A stretch of 64,000 nt of DNA from an uncultured bacterium (GCA_964423505.1 CAYREX010000009.1:1-64000), one strand, 5' to 3'. Counted from the stretch's first letter, positions 18,880-30,602 are shown. A program made the numbers and translations. The notes: generated by a model from the letters alone, not told the origin.

Positions 18880-20028
18880 ATGTTCAAGAGACTTGAGATA
18901 ATCGAGTACCTGGACGATACCGGCCGGGAGATAGTCCACAGGGTCCCGGAGGACGGGTCGGGGGAGTTCCGCCTCGGCTCGCAGTTGGTCGTCCGGGAGA
19001 ACCAGGAGGCCGTCTTCTTCAGGGACGGCAAGGCCATGGACGTCTTCGGCCCGGGCCGGCACACGCTGACCACCGAGAACATACCCATACTCACCGAGGC
19101 GGTCGGGCTGCTCTTCGAGGGGAAGGACTCCCCCTTCAAGGCGGAGGCCTACTTCGTCAACAGGAAGACCTTCACCAACATGAAGTGGGGCACGAAGGAG
19201 CCCATCATCTTCAGGGACAAGGAGCTCTCCATGGTCCGCCTCCGGGCCTTCGGCAGCTTCTCCATGAAGGTGGATCAGAGCCAGCTCTTCGTGAACAAGC
19301 TGGTCGGGACCGAGGGCAGGTACTCGACCGACGAGATAGAGGGCTTCCTCAAGGGGATGATAATCTCCAGGCTGGCGGACCTGCTCGGCGAGACCCTGGA
19401 GAGCATCTTCGACCTGGCCAAGTACTACGACGAGATCGGCACGCTGGCCAAGTCCAGGCTCGGTGACGACTTCGAGAAGTACGGCATCAACATGGTCGAC
19501 TTCTACGTTCAGGCCATCACGCCGCCGGAGGAGGTCCAGAAGCGCATAGACGAGCGTAGCGCCATGGGCGCCCTGGGCGACATGAACCAGTACATGCGCT
19601 TCAAGACCGCCACCGCGATGGGCGACGCGGCTACGAACGAGGGCGGCGGAGGGGCCGCCGGTGCAGGCGTCGGCATGGGTGCCGGCCTGGGCATGGGCAT
19701 GACGATGGCCAACATGATGGGCCAGACCATGCAGCAGGGCGGAGGCTCCGGAGGCTCCGGCGGAGGAGGCGGGGGCGGAGGCGCGGCTCCCACCGTCACC
19801 TGTCCGTCCTGCGGGGCTGACGTCCCCGAGGGCAAGTTCTGCCCGCAGTGCGGCAAGCCGCTCTCCGAGGCCTGCCCGTCCTGCGGCGACTCGGTCCCGG
19901 CCGGGGCGAAGTTCTGCCCCAACTGCGGCCAGAAGCTCGGTGGCGCCGCCGCCTGCGCCAAGTGCGGCGCGGAGCTGGCCCCCGGCGCCAGGTTCTGCCC
20001 GGAGTGCGGAGAGAAGCAGGGGGAATAG
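18880..20028 (+). CDS. SPFH/band-7 domain protein with Gly-rich linker and three tandem C-terminal zinc-ribbons (COG4260-like)
   Basis: N-terminal SPFH-like region; GGGGAAGAGVGMGAGLGMG linker; CPSCG...CPQCG, CPSCG...CPNCG, CAKCG...CPECG. Confidence 0.6.
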   Translation: MFKRLEIIEYLDDTGREIVHRVPEDGSGEFRLGSQLVVRENQEAVFFRDGKAMDVFGPGRHTLTTENIPILTEAVGLLFEGKDSPFKAEAYFVNRKTFTNMKWGTKEPIIFRDKELSMVRLRAFGSFSMKVDQSQLFVNKLVGTEGRYSTDEIEGFLKGMIISRLADLLGETLESIFDLAKYYDEIGTLAKSRLGDDFEKYGINMVDFYVQAITPPEEVQKRIDERSAMGALGDMNQYMRFKTATAMGDAATNEGGGGAAGAGVGMGAGLGMGMTMANMMGQTMQQGGGSGGSGGGGGGGGAAPTVTCPSCGADVPEGKFCPQCGKPLSEACPSCGDSVPAGAKFCPNCGQKLGGAAACAKCGAELAPGARFCPECGEKQGE

Positions 20029-20034
20029 CGGGGC

Positions 20035-21708
20035 GTGCGGAACGCGCTGACGGTCCACGGTCTCCTCGAGGAGGCCGCGAGGCGCTCGCCGGGGAAGGTC
20101 GCCCTCTCGGACGACCACCGTGACCTGACCTACGCCGACTGGTGGCGGGTGGCCGGGGCCATCGCCGGTCGCCTCTCCGGCGCCGGAGCCGGCAGGGAGA
20201 CCGTCGTCGGCGTGGTCACGGACAGGTCGGCGTTCCTTCCCTGCGCGTTCACAGCCGTCTCCATGATAGGCGCCAGGTTCCTGGCCACCAACCCCGGATG
20301 GCCTCCGTCGGACTGGGAGCGGGTCTTCGGGAGATGGCCCTCCAGGCTGATACTGAAGCTCGAGGGAACCGGGCTCGATGTGCCGGTGCCGGAGGGAACG
20401 GAGTTGCTCGAGCTCCCCCCGGACATCTACCACGGGGCGGACAGCGTCCTCGAGCCGTTCGACGCGACGCCGGAGAGGGAGGTCTACCTGAACGCCACCT
20501 CCGCCTCCACCGGCCAGGCCAAGATCGTCCCCACCACCCACGCCCAGCTGCTGGCGAACACCGCAGGCGTCTGCAGGACCATGGGGCTCACACCGGACGA
20601 CGTTCACCTCTCCCTCTTCGGCGTCTACGGCCATCCCCACGAGCTCTTCATGAGGGGGCTATACCTCGGCGGCCGGACGGTGCTTACCGAGAGGCGCTAC
20701 CCCAGGGACCTGCTGGAGGTCCTGGGGGAGCAGCGGGTCACCGTGATCATGGGCCTCCCCCCGCAGCTGGGGAACCTCTCCCGGCTTTGGGAGCGGAGCG
20801 AGGAGGAGCCGGCGGACCTGAGGCTGGCCGAGGCGGGCGGCATGCACGTCACCACCGAGCTGGCCGTCGGTTTCAGAAAGCGGACCGGCGTCGACCTGAT
20901 ACCGGTATGGGGCAGCACCGAGACCTCGGGCGTCGGGCTGGTGGGCAGCCCGGACGCGGAGGGCTTCGACCACGTGGTGGACGGTTACCAGATGGAGCTC
21001 CGCGACGCCGACGAGGAGTCGGTGGTGGTATCCGGACCAGGAGAGCTCTGGATTCGGGGCCCCGGGGTAACCGCGGGCTACGCCGGAGACAGGGCCAAGA
21101 CGGAGGAGGCCTTCCGGGACGGCTGGTACAGGACGGGCGACATGTTCAGCCGGAAGGGAAGCAGGCTCCGGTTCCTCGGCAGGCGGGGAGGGCTCATAAA
21201 GGCCTCCGGCCTCAAGGTCTATCCCCTCGAGGTGGAGCTTGCCCTGCTCAGGCATCCCGGAGTGGTGGAGGCCTGCGTGGTGGGCAGGGACCACCCGCTC
21301 AGGGGTGAGATGCCCACCGCCTACATCGTGCCCAGGCCGGGCGTGGAGCTGACCGCGGCCGGCATCCGCGGCTTTCTCAGGCCCATGCTGGACGAGCACA
21401 AGCTGCCCAGGCTCATCCACTTCGTAAGGGGCCTACCCAGGACCGCCGGCGGCAAGATAGACAGGAAGGCCATAGGCGTCCGGGAGATTGCCCCGGACTA
21501 CCGCAGCGAGCTGCTGAGGTCGGACGTCGAGCTGGTGAGGCTGCTGAACCACCGGACGGAGCTGATGGAGAACATAGGCGGCGGCTTCGACCCCACATGG
21601 GTCGACGAGCAGGAGGACAACGCCGTGGGTCACAACCCGGGGCCGATGCCGGACGGCGCCCTCAGGAGGATAATGAGGTTCATCATCCAGGAGCTCGGCA
21701 GGGGCTGA
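20035..21708 (+). CDS. AMP-dependent synthetase/ligase (acyl-CoA synthetase family)
   Basis: TSASTGQAKIV (AMP-binding P-loop-like), WGSTETSG, YRTGD, PRTAGGKIDRKAI C-terminal lysine motif. Confidence 0.75.
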   Translation: MRNALTVHGLLEEAARRSPGKVALSDDHRDLTYADWWRVAGAIAGRLSGAGAGRETVVGVVTDRSAFLPCAFTAVSMIGARFLATNPGWPPSDWERVFGRWPSRLILKLEGTGLDVPVPEGTELLELPPDIYHGADSVLEPFDATPEREVYLNATSASTGQAKIVPTTHAQLLANTAGVCRTMGLTPDDVHLSLFGVYGHPHELFMRGLYLGGRTVLTERRYPRDLLEVLGEQRVTVIMGLPPQLGNLSRLWERSEEEPADLRLAEAGGMHVTTELAVGFRKRTGVDLIPVWGSTETSGVGLVGSPDAEGFDHVVDGYQMELRDADEESVVVSGPGELWIRGPGVTAGYAGDRAKTEEAFRDGWYRTGDMFSRKGSRLRFLGRRGGLIKASGLKVYPLEVELALLRHPGVVEACVVGRDHPLRGEMPTAYIVPRPGVELTAAGIRGFLRPMLDEHKLPRLIHFVRGLPRTAGGKIDRKAIGVREIAPDYRSELLRSDVELVRLLNHRTELMENIGGGFDPTWVDEQEDNAVGHNPGPMPDGALRRIMRFIIQELGRG

Positions 21709-21709
21709 C

Positions 21710-22465
21710 ATGGAGATAAGGGCCGTAAGGGTAGGCAGCGTCCTGATAGGCGGCGGCAGCCCGGTCCTCATCGCCGGTCCCTGCTCCGTGGAGGGCGTCG
21801 AGATGCTCCGGGAGGTGGCGGAGGCCGCGCAGGCCGCGGGTGCAGGCATACTCCGGGGCGGCGCCTTCAAGCCGAGGACCTCCCCCTACTCCTTCCAGGG
21901 TCTGGGCCTGGAGGGGCTCAGGATGCTGCGCGACGTCGGACGGGAGCTGGGCATGCCGGTGGTCAGCGAGGTAATGACCATCGCCCAGATAGAGCCAGCC
22001 CTGGAGTACATCGACATGATACAGGTGGGGGCGCGCAACATGCACAACTTCCCCCTGCTCTCCGCCCTGGGGATGGTGGACGCCCCGGTCCTCCTGAAGC
22101 GGGGCTTCATGGCCACGGTCGAGGAGTGGCTCATGGCGGCGGAGTACGTCGTGAAGGAGGGGAACTCCCGCGTCGTCCTCTGCGAGAGGGGGATAAGGAC
22201 CTTCGAGACCTGGACCAGGAACACGCTGGACATATCTGCGGTGCCGCTGGCCAGGATGATGGGCGGATACCCCGTGGTGGTCGACCCCTGCCATGCCGCG
22301 GGCAGGAGGGACCTGCTCGAGCCGCTCAGCCTCGCGGGACTTGCCGCCGGGGCCGACGGGATAATGCTGGAGGTCCATCCGGACCCGGACAAGGCGCTCT
22401 CCGACGGAGGCCAGTCGCTCTCCCCGGAGGGGCTGCGGCGGCTGGCCGCGAAGCTGCTGGGATAG
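21710..22465 (+). CDS. 3-deoxy-7-phosphoheptulonate (DAHP) synthase, short class I-beta type
   Basis: LIAGPCSVE, GAFKPRTSPYSFQGLG, VDPCHAAGRRD motifs; 251 aa. Confidence 0.75.
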   Translation: MEIRAVRVGSVLIGGGSPVLIAGPCSVEGVEMLREVAEAAQAAGAGILRGGAFKPRTSPYSFQGLGLEGLRMLRDVGRELGMPVVSEVMTIAQIEPALEYIDMIQVGARNMHNFPLLSALGMVDAPVLLKRGFMATVEEWLMAAEYVVKEGNSRVVLCERGIRTFETWTRNTLDISAVPLARMMGGYPVVVDPCHAAGRRDLLEPLSLAGLAAGADGIMLEVHPDPDKALSDGGQSLSPEGLRRLAAKLLG

Positions 22466-22616
22466 GTGCTTCCGGGGCCGCTCACAGCGGGATTCAGCGA
22501 AGAAGACGAGTACGTGAGCCGCGGCCCGCACAGCCGGGTCGCCGTGCGGAAGAGGACGGAGTCGACGCGGGACCGTGCACGGTAGCCTGCGGGGAGGATG
22601 ACCAGGGAGGTACGGG

Positions 22617-23654
22617 ATGCATATAGGGATGCTGACCGGAGGGGGGGACGCCCCCGGGCTGAACGCGGTGATAAGAGGTGTCGCGGTCAGGGGCGTGACC
22701 GGAGGCCACACGGTGACCGGGTTCCTCAGGGGCTGGAAGGGAGCCATCGAGGACGAGTCGGTCGACCTGACCCCCGACTCTGTCCGGGACATCCACATGC
22801 AGGGCGGTACGATGCTGCTCTCCTCGAGGACCAACCCCTACAAGGTCGAGGACGGCCTCGAGAGGATAGGGAGGACCATCGAGTCCCGCGGGGTCGACTG
22901 CCTGATAGCCGTCGGGGGCGAGGACACCCTCGGGGTGGCCAGGCAGCTCTCCGACGAGGGCCTAAGGGTAATCGGCATCCCGAAGACCATAGACAACGAC
23001 GTCGGCGCCACCGACTTCACCTTCGGCTTCGACACCGCCATCAACTACGTGATGAGGGCGCTTGACATGCTGCACACGACCGCCAGGAGCCACGAGCGTG
23101 TCATGGTGGTCGAGATAATGGGCAGGCACGCCGGCTGGATGGCCATGCACGGCGGAATGGCCGGAGGGGCTCACGTCATCCTGGTGCCCGAGGTGGAGTT
23201 CGATACCGACGAGGTCTGCGAGCTACTCAGGAAGCGGTACGAGGGGGGCAACCGCTACGCGATAGTGGCCGTGGCTGAGGGAGCCATGGACCCGGGACTC
23301 GCCAGGCACGTGATGCACTCGGCAGAGACGGACGCCTTCGGGCACGTCCAGCTCGGTACCGGCATCGGCATAGGCGAGGTCCTCAAGAACGAGATAGCCG
23401 ACAGGACCGGCCTGGAGACGAGGCACGTGGTCCTGGGGCACGTTCAGAGGGGCGGCTGCCCATCGGCGTTCGACAGGGTGCTCGGCACAAGGCTCGGCGT
23501 GAAGGCCGTGGAGATGGCCGAGGAGGGCATGACCGGGATGATGGCTGCACTCAGGGGGATAGAGGTCGTACCGGTACCGCTCGCGGAGGCGGTTGGTACT
23601 CTCAAGACCGTGCCGGAAGACCAGTACGGGGTCGCCAGGCTCTTCTTCGGCTGA
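22617..23654 (+). CDS. pfkA: 6-phosphofructokinase
   Basis: GGDAPGLNAVIRGV, GGEDTLG, PKTIDNDV, MGRHAGW motifs. Confidence 0.9.
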   Translation: MHIGMLTGGGDAPGLNAVIRGVAVRGVTGGHTVTGFLRGWKGAIEDESVDLTPDSVRDIHMQGGTMLLSSRTNPYKVEDGLERIGRTIESRGVDCLIAVGGEDTLGVARQLSDEGLRVIGIPKTIDNDVGATDFTFGFDTAINYVMRALDMLHTTARSHERVMVVEIMGRHAGWMAMHGGMAGGAHVILVPEVEFDTDEVCELLRKRYEGGNRYAIVAVAEGAMDPGLARHVMHSAETDAFGHVQLGTGIGIGEVLKNEIADRTGLETRHVVLGHVQRGGCPSAFDRVLGTRLGVKAVEMAEEGMTGMMAALRGIEVVPVPLAEAVGTLKTVPEDQYGVARLFFG

Positions 23655-23668
23655 CCGGGAGGTATGAC

Positions 23669-24681
<1,013 letters not shown>

Positions 24682-24685
<4 letters not shown>

Positions 24686-25878
24686 TGGCGAGGAGCCTGC
24701 GGAGCGCGGAGCTCGAGGGCCGCAGGGTCCTCCTCAGGGCCGACCTGAACGTCCCGCTGGAGGAGGGGGAGGTGGCCGACGAAACGAGGCTGGAGGCGGT
24801 CCTGCCCACCGTCCGGTACATCCTGGAGGAGGGCGGGTCGGTAATAGCGATGAGCCACCTGGGACGCCCCGGCGGCTCCCGGGACGAGTCGCTCAGCCTT
24901 CGGCCGGTGGCCGAGAGGCTGGGGGAGCTCCTCGGGAGGGACGTCTCCTTCGCCCCGGACTGCGTGGGGGCGAGGGTGGCAACCCTTGCCGCCGGGATGC
25001 GCCCCGGCGACGTCCTGCTGCTGGAGAACCTCCGGTTCCACCCGGAGGAGAAGGCCGGGGACAGTGGATTCGCGTCGGAGCTGGCAGCCCTGGCGGACCT
25101 CTACGTGAACGACGCCTTCGGGACCTGCCACAGGGCCCACGCCTCGATGACCGGCGTCCCGGAGGTCATGGGCGGCGGCTACATGGGCTTCCTGGTGCAG
25201 AGGGAGCTGGAGGTCTTCGAGGAGGAGCTCTCCGACCCGGATAGGCCCTTCGTGCTGCTCCTCGGCGGGGCCAAAGTCTCCGACAAGCTGCCGGTGATAG
25301 AGAACCTTCTGGACAAGCTGGACACGGTCCTCATCGGCGGTGGCATGGCCTTCACCTTCATGAGGGCGGAGGGCATGGAGATCGGCGGCAGCCTCCTGGA
25401 CGAGGAGAGCGTGGACAGGGCGGCGGAGACCCTCCGCGCGGCTGGGGAGAGGGGCGTCCGGGTCCTGCTGCCCGCGGACGTCGTCGTGGCGCCCTCGCCG
25501 GAGGAGCCGGAGAGCGCCGCGACCGTCCCGGCGGAGGACATCCCGCGCGGCATGAAGGGTCTGGACATAGGGCCGGAGACCGTCGACCTCTTCGCAGGCG
25601 AGCTCTCCGGGGCCGGCACCGTCGTCTGGAACGGCCCGATGGGGGTCTTCGAGGTCGAGCCTTTCGACGAGGGCACCAGGCGGCTGGCGGAGGCGCTGGC
25701 CCGGGCGACCGACGGCGGCAGCTTCACCGTGGTAGGCGGCGGCGACTCCGCCAGGGCGCTGGCCGAGGCCGGGCTGGAGGAGGGGGTATCCTTCGTCTCC
25801 ACCGGCGGCGGTGCCTCGCTTACCCTGCTGCAGGGGCGGGAGCTCCCCGCGGTCTCCGCGCTGGGAGGTGGCTCATGA
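24682..25878 (+). CDS. pgk: Phosphoglycerate kinase
   Basis: RADLNVPL, SHLGRPGG, GGGASL motifs; start overlaps the gap stop. Confidence 0.9.
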
Positions 25879-26621
25879 GCAGGCTGGTGGGCGGCAACTG
25901 GAAGATGAACGGCAGCATCGGCGGCACACGCGAGTACATGGAGGAGCTCTCCCGGCTCGACTACGCCGGCACCGGGGCGGAGATGGTGATATTCCCCACC
26001 TTCACCCTCCTGCCCGCGGCCGCCGAGAGCGCCCCCCGGGGCGTCGCCGTCGGCGGACAGGACATCTTCTGGGAGGAGTCGGGGGCCTTCACCGGCGAGG
26101 TCTCGGCCGGGATGCTCCGCGACGCCGGGGCCACCTGGTTCCTGGCGGGACACAGCGAGCGGCGGCACGTCATCGGCGAGGACGACGACACCGTGCGCAG
26201 AAAGCTCGCCGCCGGGCTCTCAGCCGGCCTCTCCGGCATCCTCTGCATAGGCGAGCTCCTCTCCGAGCGGGAGGAGGGAAGGACCGGGGAGGTCCTCGAG
26301 CGGCAGCTCCGCTCCGCTCTCTCCGGCATGGACGACGGCATGGCGGAGCTGCTGGTCGTAGCCTACGAGCCCGTCTGGGCCATAGGCACCGGCAGGACCG
26401 CCACCCCGGAGCAGGCGGAGGAGGCCCACTCCTTCGTAAGGGGCGTCCTCGGAGAGCTGCTGGGCGACGGGAGGGCCGCCGAAGCCAGGATACTGTACGG
26501 GGGCAGCGTGAAGCCGGCCAACGCGTCGGAGCTTCTCTCCAGGCCGTCAGTGGACGGCGCCCTGGTCGGCGGCGCCAGCCTCAGGGCGTCCGACCTGGTC
26601 GCCATAGCAGGGGCCGGCTGA
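25875..26621 (+). CDS. tpiA: Triose-phosphate isomerase
   Basis: GGNWKMNG, AYEPVWAIGTG, GGSV motifs. Confidence 0.95.
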   Translation: MSRLVGGNWKMNGSIGGTREYMEELSRLDYAGTGAEMVIFPTFTLLPAAAESAPRGVAVGGQDIFWEESGAFTGEVSAGMLRDAGATWFLAGHSERRHVIGEDDDTVRRKLAAGLSAGLSGILCIGELLSEREEGRTGEVLERQLRSALSGMDDGMAELLVVAYEPVWAIGTGRTATPEQAEEAHSFVRGVLGELLGDGRAAEARILYGGSVKPANASELLSRPSVDGALVGGASLRASDLVAIAGAG

Positions 26622-26631
26622 CCCTCCCGGC

Positions 26632-27516
26632 GTGAAGGGGAACCGGGCCGGTCGGGCAGCAGCCGGGGTACGCAGGTACCTGACCCACGGGCCGCCGCTG
26701 GGGAGGAGCTCCCTGAGGGTCGGCATAGCCGCCCTGGGCCTGCTGGTCTGGGTCCTGGTGAGGCAGGTGCTGGCGGAGGCGGCCATGGCCATCTCCCCGG
26801 CCCTCTCCCTGCTGGACGGGCTGGGCATCGGCGGCGCGCTGGCCCTGGTGCTTCTGCTCCCGCTGTGGGACCTGACCTGCGTGGGCCTGCGCAGGGGCGT
26901 GCGCCACAGGTACCTGATGTTCGGCATGACCGCCGTCCTGCTCAGCCCCTTCGTGGTCATAGTCATCGTCTCCGGTCTGGAGCCCACCTCGTGGGACGGC
27001 TCGTGGGCCATCTCCTGCCTCACTCTGCTCCTGCTGGCCGCCGCCGAGGAGGTCCTCTGCCGCGGGTTCCTCATGGACAGCCTCTCCGTCGCCAACAGGA
27101 GGTCCGTCGGGCTCCTGCTCTCCGGCATCCTCTTCGGCGTCCTCCACGTGGGCAACGAGTCGGCTACCGTGCTGGGCATCATGAACATCATCCTCGCCGG
27201 CATCTTCTTCGGCATACTCCGCCTGATAAGCGGCGGCCTGGTCTACCCGGTCCTGGTGCACTGGGTATGGAACCTGCTCACCGGGATGGTGGTCGGATGG
27301 AGGGTGAGCGGCTACGCGGACCTGCCAAGCCTCTACCGGCCGGCGAAGTCCCCTCCATGGGGAGGGTTCGGGCCGGAGGGGTCGCTCCTGTTCACCTTCG
27401 CCGTCGTCTTCGCCATCGGCCTCGCGGTTGTGGAGGGCGCGGTGCATATTCCCCGGGGCCGCAGGGACCGGACGCGGGGCGGGGACAGACGGAAGGGAGC
27501 CCGGGAGCCGGGATGA
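26632..27516 (+). CDS. CPBP family intramembrane glutamic endopeptidase (CAAX protease-like)
   Basis: EEVLCRGFL, FGVLHVGN, HWVWN motifs; multiple TM helices; GTG start. Confidence 0.7.
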   Translation: MKGNRAGRAAAGVRRYLTHGPPLGRSSLRVGIAALGLLVWVLVRQVLAEAAMAISPALSLLDGLGIGGALALVLLLPLWDLTCVGLRRGVRHRYLMFGMTAVLLSPFVVIVIVSGLEPTSWDGSWAISCLTLLLLAAAEEVLCRGFLMDSLSVANRRSVGLLLSGILFGVLHVGNESATVLGIMNIILAGIFFGILRLISGGLVYPVLVHWVWNLLTGMVVGWRVSGYADLPSLYRPAKSPPWGGFGPEGSLLFTFAVVFAIGLAVVEGAVHIPRGRRDRTRGGDRRKGAREPG

Positions 27517-29759
27517 CCTACCTCCTCATTGCAGCGGCGGCAGTGTCGGCGACTCCCCGGTGGAGCCTCTCCACCTCGCTCACCCATGTGCTGGAGCTCT
27601 CGGAGGGCAGCGAAGGGGTGTGGGCCGCCACCACCGGCGGGGTCTTCCTCTACGACCCCTCCAGCGGCACCTTCCCGGAGACCCTGCAGTACCCCGACGG
27701 ACCGCCCGGAGTGATATGCACCGACGTGATGGAGACCGCCGGCGGCGCTCTCTGGGTCTCCACGCGGGAGGGGGGGCTGGCCCTCCGGCAGGGCGGCTCC
27801 TGGAGCTACTACACCAGCTTCGAGGGCATACCGGGCAGCGGCGGGACCAACTGCCTGGAGGAGGCGGGAGGATACGTCTGGGTCGGCACCGACATGGGCA
27901 TGGCCAGGGGAGGCGTCGAGGGCTTCGTGCCGGTGGACGAGTCCTCCTCCGGCGGCGCCTTCCCCACCGCCGACGTCACCGACATAGTCGCCTGCGGCGA
28001 CTCGCTCTGGGTGGCCACCGCCGAGGGGGTCTACCGTCTCGACCTCACCGGGAGCCCCTTCGTCCCGGGGGACTGGGCCCGGTTCGAGGAGACGGCCACG
28101 CTGGGCATCTACGACCTCGCCGTCGACCCGGACAGCGGCCAGCTCGGCGCCGGTCCCGCCGGGGTCTACATCAGGCGGGCGGAGCGCTGGGAGCCTTCGC
28201 TGGAGAGCGGGAACGTCACCGAGGTGGCCTGGACCTCCTGGGGCGCCGTGGCCGGCAGGAACGGGGTCTTCCTCCTGCGTGGGGGCAGCTGGGAGCGCAT
28301 AGGCGGGGAGTACCCGGAGTCGGTGATAGGCCTCTACTACGCGGACGGCTTCCTCGAGACGGGGATGGCGCCGGGCCTCCTCTGCGGGCTGGGCTCCTTC
28401 TCCTCCGAGGACATCGGATGGGGTCTCGGTCTCGGGTTGCTGCCTGACACGGCGGGCTCCTGGTCGGTGACGACCATCCCGGGACAGCCGGCGAAGAGCA
28501 TCTACCAGATCACCGTATCCGGCGACAGGCTCTACCTGGGGAGCCACAAGTCCGGCCTGCTCGGGAGCTTCCCGGAGGGCTGGAGGGTCTGGACCGTCGA
28601 CCAGGGGCTCCCGGCGCCGCTGCGGATATACGCCTGCGAGACCGACGGGGAGGACGGCGTCTGGTGCGCCGCATACCACTACGGTCTCACCTGGGTCGGC
28701 GGCGCCGCCACCTGGGACCCTTCGGACGACACGGTCCTGACCTTCGTGGCGGACAGCATACACGCTCCCTACGCCCCGTGGGTCTACTCTCCCCTGCTGA
28801 ACAACCAGGTCCTCATGCTGGAGCGGCAGGGCGACCATCTGTGGGTCCCGCAGGAGGCTTTCTGGCAGTCGCCGGACGAGCCGAGCGGGCTGGTCGCAGT
28901 GGGAGGCACCCCACGCGACACCGCCTCGATGACCTGGACCCTCTTCGAGCCGTCGCCGGACGGGCTTGCCCGGAAGAACCTGGGAGCCGTCCGGGCCTTC
29001 GACGGCGACATGCTCTGGGTCGACTTCCAGGGCGACAACGGATGCCAGCTTCTGGACCACGGTGGCACCCCGGAGGACCGCTCGGACGACACCTGGTATC
29101 CTGAGGGCGCACCCTTCGGGACCGACGACGGCCTCCCCTCCGGGCTGGTCTACTGCTTCGCCAGGGACTCGTCCGGCAACGTGCTGGTCGGCACCGGCGA
29201 CGGGCTGGCGATATACGACGGCGCCGGCTCCTTCAGCACCGTCAGCGGGGTAGGCGGCTCCGTGGAGGCGCTGGAGGTGGACTCCGGCGGCAGGATATGG
29301 TGCCTGGGCAGCGAGGGTATAACGGTGCTGTCCACGGAGGGTGTCACCGTCTACGACGCCTCCAACTCGCCCTACCTGCCCTACGAGCGGGTGGAGGCGG
29401 AGTTCTCGGCCCTGGCCGGCGGCGGTGACGGGGTGCTCTTCTCCTCCGGCACCGGCCTCTGGAGCGTCAGCCTGCCGGTCCCCGGCCCCCCCGACCGTGG
29501 CGGCGCCTGCTTCTACCCGCAGCCCTTCCTCCCCTCGGAGGGGGCGGTGTACCTCTGCGGCCTCCCCGAGGGGGAGGCGGTCACGGTGCGCCTCTTCGCC
29601 CTGGACGGAACGCCGGTGACCGAGGTGGGCGCGGCCTGCCCCGCCTCCTGGAGCTGGGACGGCACCGCCGGGGGCGAGGAGGCGGCGACCGGCATCTACA
29701 TCGCCGTGGTGGAGCAGTCCGGCTCGCTCGAGACGGTGAAGCTGGCGCTGGTCAGGTAG
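27513..29759 (+). CDS. Secreted beta-propeller (two-component-regulator-propeller/Y_Y_Y-like) protein with T9SS-type C-terminal domain
   Basis: 748 aa; repeated G-x-W/LWV-GT blades; C-terminal ...TVRLFALDGTPV...WSWDG...GIYIAVV tail; ATGA overlap with the CPBP gene. Confidence 0.6.
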   Translation: MTYLLIAAAAVSATPRWSLSTSLTHVLELSEGSEGVWAATTGGVFLYDPSSGTFPETLQYPDGPPGVICTDVMETAGGALWVSTREGGLALRQGGSWSYYTSFEGIPGSGGTNCLEEAGGYVWVGTDMGMARGGVEGFVPVDESSSGGAFPTADVTDIVACGDSLWVATAEGVYRLDLTGSPFVPGDWARFEETATLGIYDLAVDPDSGQLGAGPAGVYIRRAERWEPSLESGNVTEVAWTSWGAVAGRNGVFLLRGGSWERIGGEYPESVIGLYYADGFLETGMAPGLLCGLGSFSSEDIGWGLGLGLLPDTAGSWSVTTIPGQPAKSIYQITVSGDRLYLGSHKSGLLGSFPEGWRVWTVDQGLPAPLRIYACETDGEDGVWCAAYHYGLTWVGGAATWDPSDDTVLTFVADSIHAPYAPWVYSPLLNNQVLMLERQGDHLWVPQEAFWQSPDEPSGLVAVGGTPRDTASMTWTLFEPSPDGLARKNLGAVRAFDGDMLWVDFQGDNGCQLLDHGGTPEDRSDDTWYPEGAPFGTDDGLPSGLVYCFARDSSGNVLVGTGDGLAIYDGAGSFSTVSGVGGSVEALEVDSGGRIWCLGSEGITVLSTEGVTVYDASNSPYLPYERVEAEFSALAGGGDGVLFSSGTGLWSVSLPVPGPPDRGGACFYPQPFLPSEGAVYLCGLPEGEAVTVRLFALDGTPVTEVGAACPASWSWDGTAGGEEAATGIYIAVVEQSGSLETVKLALVR

Positions 29760-30204
29760 CCCGCCCCTCGACCTCCCGGAGACGGTCCAGCGTCTCCATG
29801 AGGGCCCTCAGCCGCTCTCCCTCCGGGACGAACGGAGAGACCTCCAGAACGTCGCCGTCCTTCAGCTCGAAGACAAGGCGCTCCGACCTGATGCCCCTCC
29901 ATGCGGAGACGGTCTCCCGCCTCATGTCGGCTATGTCTCCGGCACGGAACTCCCTCCGCCTTCTTCCGCGGGGCAGCGACACGTGCTCCCAGACGAGCCG
30001 CTCCCCGGAGAGGCCGACTCTGACCGACGCGGTCCGGCGGAGGGTGGAGACCACCAGGAAGACCCCGACCACCGCGAGCATCCAGCCGATGCGCTCGCCG
30101 GAGGCGATCAGCCTCGCGGCCAGCAGACCAGGCGGGACAGCGAACAGGGCGCCGACCACGAGCGACCTGGTCGGCCGGTGCCTGTAGAGGACCTGGTCCC
30201 TCAT
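29752..30204 (-). CDS. Membrane-anchored bacterial PH-like (bPH_2/YdbS-like) domain protein
   Basis: Start refined to MRDQVLYRHRP; two TM helices then a ~90-aa soluble domain; ATGA-coupled to the upstream small gene. Confidence 0.4.
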   Translation of the reverse strand: MRDQVLYRHRPTRSLVVGALFAVPPGLLAARLIASGERIGWMLAVVGVFLVVSTLRRTASVRVGLSGERLVWEHVSLPRGRRRREFRAGDIADMRRETVSAWRGIRSERLVFELKDGDVLEVSPFVPEGERLRALMETLDRLREVEGRAT

Positions 30205-30602
30205 CCTCCCCGCCAGCCCTCCGAAGGCCCCGCGACGCCCATGCCCGCAAGGACGCCCATCAGCTCGTCGGCCCTCCTGAGGTAGAGCAGGAGCTTCCTC
30301 TCGCCACCCTCCGGCAGCCGGAAGACGACGGAGACCTCCCGGTAGCCGAGCAGGCGCTTCCCAGGCCCGACCGACAGGATGCCGCCAAGCGGTATCCGGT
30401 GGTCGAGGTCGGGCGCGAAAGGTTTCACCAGCAGGCCCAGGAGGCCGTGAAGGCCGACCTCCAGCATCTCCGGGGTCAGCCTGACGAAGACGCATCTCCA
30501 GGTGTTCACGTTACGGGTCCAGAGGCTCTTCATCGACTGGCCCATGGCGTAGCGCTCCTCGAAGAGCACGACGCCGCCCGACGCCGTGGCATGATCACTC
30601 AT
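30201..30602 (-). CDS. Small PH-like domain protein, partner of the downstream YdbS-like gene
   Basis: 133 aa starting MSDHATASGG; translationally coupled pair downstream of an alpha/beta hydrolase. Confidence 0.35.
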   Translation of the reverse strand: MSDHATASGGVVLFEERYAMGQSMKSLWTRNVNTWRCVFVRLTPEMLEVGLHGLLGLLVKPFAPDLDHRIPLGGILSVGPGKRLLGYREVSVVFRLPEGGERKLLLYLRRADELMGVLAGMGVAGPSEGWRGG

